From Chrysomallon squamiferum (Eukaryota; Animalia; Mollusca), in the NCBI GenBank assembly GCA_012295275.1, contig CM022679.1, positions 30,256,001-30,320,000 of the forward strand: a stretch of 64,000 bases of DNA, written 5' to 3'. Positions within the stretch are counted from its first letter, which is position 1, and every line of letters begins with the position of its first letter. Position numbers and translations under genes: made by a program. The notes under the pieces are model-generated. The model was not told the DNA's origin. It did no database searches and saw only the letters and a list, made by a program, of their open reading frames with translations. Of the stretch, positions 55,919 to 64,000 are shown piece by piece.

Positions 55919-56167
55919 ACACACATACACACACTGACACATCTATCTATTTACAATAGAGATATGTGTTTCTGCCTGACATTAGGGAGAAACACAAGTC
56001 TATTATTTATTGTCTTGTTTACACACAGAGCCCAGCTCTGGTCAGCTCAGTCTGACACTGCTGTGTGTTGTAAGTGATATACTGATCAAAACAATTTAAG
56101 GAATGCTTAATGACTGGCCTATTATGTTAAGTGGTCCGAACTCCTCTGAGATAAATGAATGATTGCA

Positions 56168-56246
56168 GCAGAACTGATAGCTGTAAATGAGTTAATTTGT
56201 TTATTTTGGACCACACAGTACATACGTTTATACATACGTACATAAT

Positions 56247-56286
<40 letters not shown>

Positions 56287-56405
56287 TGTGTGTGTGTGTG
56301 TGCGGCAGAACTGATAGCTGTAAATGAGTTAATTTGTTTATTTTGGAGCACACAGTACATGCGTTTATACATACGTACATAATTGTGTGTGTGTGTATGC
56401 CTGTA

Positions 56406-56475
<70 letters not shown>

Positions 56476-56561
56476 TGAACTGATAGTTGTAAATGAGTTT
56501 ATTTATTTTGGAGCACACAGTATATGCATTTATACATATGTACATAATTGTGTGTGTGTGT
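56168..56561. repeat. three-copy compound repeat: about 80-bp core plus a variable (GT)n tail
   Basis: The core gaactgatagctgtaaatgagttaatttgtttattttgga.cacacagta recurs at about 56170, 56308 and 56477. Confidence 0.85.
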
Positions 56562-57185
56562 AATTCACATCCTCATTTCATAATTATCTTATTTTGTTTT
56601 CTTTCCAAAATTATTATCAAAGTACATTGTGCACATAAAAGACTTCAAGTGCAGTATTAATAGTTTTGTATTAAAATTTTTATTTCATTCTGTTTTTATC
56701 AATAATGTCAATACTTATTTTCTGAAATTTAAAAGATATTGATATTACAGTTTGCTAATGTTTTAGGACTGATAACATTTTGATTTATTTTCTATTTTAT
56801 TTTATTTTATTTTATTATTATTTTTAATTTAATTTTTTTTAATTATTTATTGTTATTTTATTCATATATTTTTTAAAACAAATATATTATAATTTAATTT
56901 GATTTATTTTTGCTAAAAATTAAATATGATTTTATTGGAAATTGTTTGTAGTTGTAGTTGAACATCTCATGTCACAGCTGTGGTAGTAGTAAACATCTGT
57001 TGTTGTTGTTGTTTATGTTTATATAACAATAGTTTTACCAATGTACATTTGTATCCTTCAGTAACTGTCCTAGTTATTTTAAATTGTTAACCCTTTTGCT
57101 GTTACTGTGTCAAAGATTAAATACATAAAATTATATCTAATAAGTGCAGCTTTTACAAAAATTTATATTTGTATTTATGTAGTCA

Positions 57186-57234
<49 letters not shown>

Positions 57235-57879
57235 GTGTAACATTCTCAGTGCATGTATTGCTATGTTCATTATGTACTTGTACATCAGTTTGTGTAAATA
57301 TTCCATAAATATTTATTGAAACAAGCAGACACTACATAGGATTTTTGCATGAAGCAAAGCATCACATGAAAATCTTTCAGAGAAAACAGCTGTGTAATCT
57401 ATAAACCTTGCTAACATATTTCAAGTGTATTAAAAGCTGTGTTCTGCTCCACTTGGGTTTACACAGCCTGAGTCTTAACTCTGCACTGTCTATTAGCAAT
57501 ATTTTTGTATCTTTCCTTCTCGCTGTGGAGTTAACATCACCACAGTGGCAAGCTGATTGGGTGAACTGCAACCTGTAACATTTGCTTATTGCAACACTTG
57601 GAACAGCCCATTGTCCTCGTGGGGTGATTAGGTTGTGTGTAGCTTTTCTTATCTGCTCCAGGTGCAAAAAAAAGAAAAGAAAATAGAATATCGTTTATGA
57701 TGGATTGTATGTCTGTGTTGAGGTTTCTTTTCTACAAATAACTACACAATGATATACAAGAAATGTCGAAATTAGTTATCTGCGTAAACAGGTGTACCCA
57801 CAGAGATCCAATTAGTGTACCTGAAATAAGGTGTTAAACCATTTACCTTAACAGTGCTATAATCTCTAGCAGGGGGATT

Positions 57880-58232
57880 GAATGAAGCTGCTAGTGTTAA
57901 AATTATCAGTGACAGATCTGGAGGTGGGCAGATTGAGTTAACAAGTCCAGGCTTTGCCACCTTATCAGGGCAGATCTGGAGAGGGAGGGGATTAAATGAA
58001 ACCACTTACATTCAGGATTATCAGTGACAGATCTAGAGGTGGGTGAACTGTCTATAGAACAGACTTAGAGGAGGGGGGGGACTGAATCAGGCTGCTTATA
58101 TTCAGGATTATGACTGATCTAGAGTTAGGTGAACTGAACTAACATGCTCAGTTTGTGTCTTATCAGTGGCAGTTCTAGAGGTGGGATTGAATCAAGATGG
58201 TTGCTGCCTGCTTTATCAGTTCCAGATCTAGA
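57880..58232. repeat. diverged GC-richer tandem array with core tatcagtgacagatct(g/a)gaggtggg
   Basis: About six degenerate cores near 57904, 57963, 58019, 58109, 58161 and 58214. Confidence 0.65.
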
Positions 58233-58416
58233 CAGTGAGAGTGCTAACCATTTTTATTTTTTTTTTTTTTTTTTTTTTATATCTAGATATCTGAATGAAG
58301 ATGCTTACACAAACAAACAGTCATGTAGTAAACATTCTCAGCCGAGAGATTAGAAAATGTTAGTTTTAAGAAAATAGTACCTGAAATAAAAGTATTTTCA
58401 TTTTGTTTAATTTCAG

Positions 58417-58515
58417 AAAGGAAACACTGCCTTGCACATCGCCTCTCTCGCAGGCCATGAAGACATTATCAAAATTCTTGTTGAAAATGGAGCCAAGGTC
58501 AACATACAAGCACAG
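58417..58515 (+). CDS. Ank2: ankyrin exon 4 ([33 protein letters not shown])
   Basis: 99-nt phase-0 exon, tttcag / gtattt. Confidence 0.97.
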
Positions 58516-58700
58516 GTATTTATTTATTTATTTATCTATTTATTTATTTTCTTATTTATTTATCTATTTATTTATTTATTTACTTATTTATGTGTTTTTT
58601 ATTTAGTTTCAGTGTTTTCTTATTTATCTATGTGTTTATTTATTTAGTTTCTTGCTTAATTTGTTTTAATTTAATATAATTTATTATAATTTATTCACAG

Positions 58701-58799
58701 GCGGGGTTCACTCCCTTGTACATGGCTGCCCAGGAGGGTCATTCAGAAGTCCTCAAATTTCTTCTGGCAAACGGAGCCAATCAGGGCCTGGCAACTGAG
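58701..58799 (+). CDS. Ank2: ankyrin exon 5 ([33 protein letters not shown])
   Basis: 99-nt phase-0 exon, ttcacag / gtaaaa; absent from the ORF track. Confidence 0.97.
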
Positions 58800-59101
58800 G
58801 TAAAAAAAAAAAAAAAATTATTTTAAAAAAAAATATTTACTTTCATAAAATACATATTCACTTGCTGTCTTCTGATATCTTGATTTTGCACCAAAATTAT
58901 TTCTGACAGTAATCAGCTTTCTGATGTTGTTAAATTGTTATTAAATTGTGGTTATTCTTCTTCTTCTTCTTCTTCTTTTAACATTGTCATAATTGCAATA
59001 CTAATAGTAATGATGGTATAATAGGAATAATGACAATGCTGATGATACTGATATTTCTTGTTAACATAATTTTTAATGCTTATGTTTTTGTTTTGCTGCA
59101 G

Positions 59102-59290
59102 GATGGGTTCACTCCCTTGGCTGTAGCTCTTCAACAGGGCCACGAGAAGGTAGTAAGTGTGCTGCTTGAACACGACAGCAAGGGCAAAGTTCGACTTCCT
59201 GCTCTTCACATCGCTGCCAAGAAAGACGATGTCAAATCTGCAGCACTGCTGTTGCAGAATGAACAGAACAATGTGGACACTCAGACAAAA
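59102..59290 (+). CDS. Ank2: ankyrin exon 6 ([63 protein letters not shown])
   Basis: 189-nt phase-0 exon, ctgcag / gtgagc; [13 protein letters not shown] hallmark of ankyrins. Confidence 0.97.
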
Positions 59291-60502
59291 GTGAGCAATA
59301 GCATTATCACGCTTTTTTTTAGTTATCTCCCTTTTATGTCAGTTAGCTCCCTTACAATTACTCGCATATCATTTGTTTAACTTTTCAGAGTTGGTTAATT
59401 ATTAGGCATAAAATAAATTATAGAATATTAACTGATATAGATAATACTAATTAATTGAAAAAAAATAGTTAAATAAAATTAAATAAAAGTAAGAATATAT
59501 AAAAAGAATAAAAAAAAACAACAGTAGAAAGTCTCAGTATAATTTTATTAGCATGACCAGTATCATGTTATTGATTTCAAAGTATTTTTGATGGTTAATT
59601 TATGCATGCAAAAGGCATGCTAATGTTTCATTTAAACTAATAATAAATATTAGGTTTATGATAAATTATATATTGTATGCTGATCTTTTGTCAAACTTTA
59701 TAGATGATGTGTTTTATTGAACAAATTTAAAAAAAAAAAAGGAAATGAAATACAGTACAAAAATGTTAAGACCAGAAAATTAATTAATGTAAAAATACAG
59801 AATGAAAGATGCTCAAATATTAATTTATTTTTGATTTAAAATACTGTTTAATTTCAAATATTAACTATCCCAAAATTTTATATTTTTTATATATTTTACC
59901 CTAAAATTTACCCTAAAAATGTGGTTTCCAAGGTGATAATAGATTACTATAATGCATTATAAAAACAGGTATAAGAAGAATTATTTAAATACAAAAAGTT
60001 AAAGTTGCAGTTGTTTTTATGAACATACAAAGTGTAGTTGTTTAGATATTTAGAAACACTTTCTAAATTCTTCCAAGTTGCATTTTATATTTAACTGTTG
60101 TCCAGTCTTTGTTAATAATGAAGTATAACATCAAAAATGATTAAAAATACCTGCCCACTGTAGTCATGTAGTCATAATAAGATATGATCTCATGAATCAG
60201 TAAAATAAAGAAAAGAAAATGGCTGCCTTTACAAACAGGATTGGATCTGTCATTGTTATGCTTCATTATTAACAAAGTATGGCCATCAGTGATGTTTTAT
60301 AAATTCATATAGATATGTAGAGAATAAAACAAAAATATGAAAGAAAGTATAGGCAATGTATTTAGGGCTATAAAGTATAGACAGTGTATTTAGTCTATAA
60401 TATATCTGTATCATTACAAGCGTACTTTAACGTGTACTTTTGTTTGTAACTTGTTACTAACACTGTTACCTCTCCTGCCTTCCTTTCCCCATGCTATCAC
60501 AG

Positions 60503-60532
60503 ACTGGAGGTCTCGTTAATGACACAACAAAG
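60503..60532 (+). CDS. Ank2: ankyrin 30-nt microexon (TGGLVNDTTK)
   Basis: TACTAAC branch point at 60455-60461, pyrimidine tract, cacag acceptor, aag|gtttgt donor, phase 0. Same position and similar peptide as vertebrate ANK2 MMVNRTTE. Confidence 0.85.
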
Positions 60533-61484
60533 GTTTGTTCTCATTGGCTTGTTATTACTACATGTTTGTGTCACGACTTCTGATTGGTTGAATGTTCTCT
60601 CTGTTCTCATTGGTTGTTCCATTACTTTGTGTCACCTCCTCTGACTGGTTGACTTTCAAATATTTCTTTTTCTCTGTTCTAATTAATTTATTATTAATGT
60701 TATTTCATCACGTGTTTGTCTTCTGTCTTCTGATTTGTTAATTGAAAATGTTCTCTTGTTGTCATTGGTTTGTTGTCAATTAATCATCTGTTTTGTCTTG
60801 CATTTTATGATTGGTACATTTTATCTGTTCTCTTTGTTCATTGGTTAATATCTGTTTTCCTGTTCTGGTGTTAAGCACTACTTTGTCTTGATAAATCTGT
60901 TATCGTAAGAAGAATATCTTTACATACTTTTAATTACATATTGAAAAAAAAGTATTATATATTTTTTTAACATTTAAAATTAAGTTATAAAAAGCATGTG
61001 CTTGAAAAAAAAAATTTCCTTGTTTCACTAAAGTCATCAAAAATTTTACATTAAATTTTGCACCTTGCTAATTTCTTCACTGTCATTTTTCATTTAATTT
61101 CATCACAGTAAATGTATAAAAAAAGTTACACTCAAAATGAAATTCTCATGTTGTATCTTAAATAATTTATAACTTAACAACAGTTGGCATGGTTTTTGTT
61201 TAATACTTTTGCATGGTGAATTTAGATTCTGATTGTGTCAGAAGTGAATGCACGACTAAATATGTACATACATACATACATGCATGCATGAATACATACA
61301 TACATGCATGCATACATACATACATATATGCATGCATGAATACATACATACATATATGCATGCATGAATACATACATACATACATACATACATACATACA
61401 TACATACATACATACATACATACATACATACATACATACATACATACATACATACATACAAGCATGCATTCATATTTAAACATA

Positions 61485-61538
<54 letters not shown>

Positions 61539-61759
61539 AGACATCACAGTACTGTACTGTACTGCATCATACAACTCCATATACCACATCACATATCATA
61601 CACCATAACACACCTCACACTATATCACATTACAAACCATACACCATACACCACACCATACAACATAAACCATACCATAGCATCCAATATACACTATTAC
61701 CATACTACACCATCACCAAACCATACAACATACTACATCAGATATTTCACACACATACA

Positions 61760-61846
<87 letters not shown>

Positions 61847-61922
61847 TCTCTCTTCATCCCTCTCTCTCCCTCCATCTGTCTCTCTCTTTCTCTCTGTCTG
61901 TCTCTCTCTGTCTGTCTGTCTC

Positions 61923-62015
<93 letters not shown>

Positions 62016-62810
62016 CTCTTTGACAGGTAGATCTACGTACAGTGATGTTGACTTGTGTTTCTGTTTCACTTTATCTCTGCCATATGTTAATCAGCTGGTT
62101 GCTTAGGAAACAGAAGATAGTTTGACTTATCTTTAACTGTGCACCTGTTGAGGTGTCTGTCTGTCTGTCTGTCCATGCACATCTGCTTAAGTACTGTTTA
62201 AGAGTCTTTGTGGTATTGTGTGTGTATGTGTGTGTACAAGTGTGTGCATGTGCATGTGTATGTGTGTTTGTGCACATATATATATTGTTTTTGTGTTTTT
62301 GTGTTTGTGCATGTACAAACCTATGCACATATATTTAAAATGTTTGAGACAAATTCAGTAATTCAAATTCAGATATTTAAAAGGATATAAATTATATTCA
62401 CAATATAATTAAATGTAATTTACATACTTAAATCTCGTGTCACTATCCATCACTGAATAATCCAAACTAATTTCTTATTAATTTTGGGGATATTCGACAG
62501 TTCAGTTTCTCAGACATATGTAAGAAATTCGATGATCCTGATAAGACTTGTATTCTTTGGTAACTGAAATGTGTGTATTGTTTAATGTTTATTATTTAAT
62601 TTTGTTGTTACTGTTGTTATGTGGTTTTATTGTTACCTATTTGTGTTGCTGTTACTGTTATTTTTGTTAATATCAGTATTATTATGTTATTGTTATTATT
62701 ATTATCTTGCCATCATCATTATTAATACTATTAATATTATTACAATTGTTTTTACCGTTATTATTATCACCATTGTCCTTATTTTTGCATTTATTTTTTT
62801 ATTATTTATT

Positions 62811-62848
<38 letters not shown>

Positions 62849-62967
62849 CATTATTGTCATCAATATTATTACTATCATTATTACCATTGTTTTTAATAAT
62901 ATTATTATTACAGTTAGAATTGTTATTGTTGCGGTTGTTGTTACTGTTGTTGTTGTTGCCATTTCAG

Positions 62968-63066
62968 AGTGGATTCACTCCACTGCACATTGCTGCTCAC
63001 TATGGCAACACAAATGTCGCCAAACTTCTGATTACACGAGGAGCAGAGGTCAACTTCAAGGCCAAG
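62968..63066 (+). CDS. Ank2: ankyrin exon ([33 protein letters not shown])
   Basis: 99-nt phase-0 exon, atttcag / gtcagt. Confidence 0.97.
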
Positions 63067-63466
63067 GTCAGTGTTTATTTTAAAAATATATAATTAACTG
63101 TGTATATATTGAAAAAGAATCAATCACTGACATCTAAAAATAATATGAAATTTATTTTTATATTCATTAAGTTATTTTATTTAAATAATATAATTCTTTT
63201 ATGATATTGATAAAAAAATAAATATATAAATAAATATATTAATTTAAATAAATGAATAAACAAACAAAAAACAGAAAAAAAGAAGAAAATATATAGAAAT
63301 TAAAATTAAACAAAAATAAAAATAAAATAAAAATAAAAATCAGTGAAATAAATAAATAAAATTGCACTTCTTGCATTAATCATATAATAGAATATATATA
63401 TTAATCTAAAGAAAAAAGAAAGAGAATAAAATAAAACAAAATAAAACTGCCTTGATGTATTTTCAG

Positions 63467-63565
63467 AACAACATCACCCCACTTCATGTTGCATCTCGCT
63501 GGGGCAAAGCCAACATGGTGACCTTGTTGCTTGACAACGGAGCTACTATTGATGAGCGAACCAGA
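63467..63565 (+). CDS. Ank2: ankyrin exon ([33 protein letters not shown]); the gene continues beyond the window
   Basis: 99-nt phase-0 exon, ttttcag / gtaaga. Confidence 0.97.
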
Positions 63566-64000
63566 GTAAGAAGATACAAAAATATCTTTAGTTGTTTTTT
63601 TTTTGTAAATTACATGAAATCAAAATACAATTTTTTTCCTTATTTAGTTTATGTGAAATAATGATTAGTGTTTTTTTTTTTTTCTTGTTTTTAATGGAAA
63701 GTTAAATAATAAATTATTAATCTGAACACATTCTACACAATGAAAAGGGGTGAAAAGAAATACCAAAAACAATTTTTTGTTAATAATTTTTTTAATTACT
63801 TTTATCTCTAGCAGAGTGTTCAAGAGTTAGAAATTAATATTTCAGTTTTTAAATTAGTAAAGTTTTATAAATGAATGATTGTAAGGAAATGTTTTTTTTT
63901 TTTTTTTTCTCTAGTTGCTGGTTAAGACTAATTTATGATTATTTTTCAAATTCTTGCTGTTATTAATTATAATTAAAAGCAGTTATAAAATGGATATAAT

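Overview
AT-rich, microsatellite-dense animal genomic DNA (inferred to be invertebrate, probably a mollusc/gastropod). Nearly all ORF-track entries are simple-repeat artefacts, and the real genes had to be assembled from GT-AG exons. (1) 2224-6156 (+): seven phase-compatible exons encode the C-terminal part of a protein that joins a calcineurin-B/CHP-like EF-hand region to a C-terminal death domain; its first exon was not found. (2) 52121-63565 (+): the 5' constant exons of a canonical ankyrin (Ank2/unc-44 family), continuing past the window end. They include a 30-nt microexon (TGGLVNDTTK) at the position of the vertebrate ANK2 MMVNRTTE microexon. (3) 13.2-50.4 kb: at least six candidate ATG-initiated, phase-0 alternative first exons that could each splice onto ankyrin exon 2, two of them clear paralogues. 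The shared acceptor is the last unit of a 44-bp minisatellite made of copies of that acceptor. (4) 6.7-13.2 kb (-): a chain of antisense exon candidates. Also present: a 40-bp-arm inverted repeat, degenerate SINE-like fragments, several minisatellites and recurrent motifs. All splicing calls are predictions from sequence alone.
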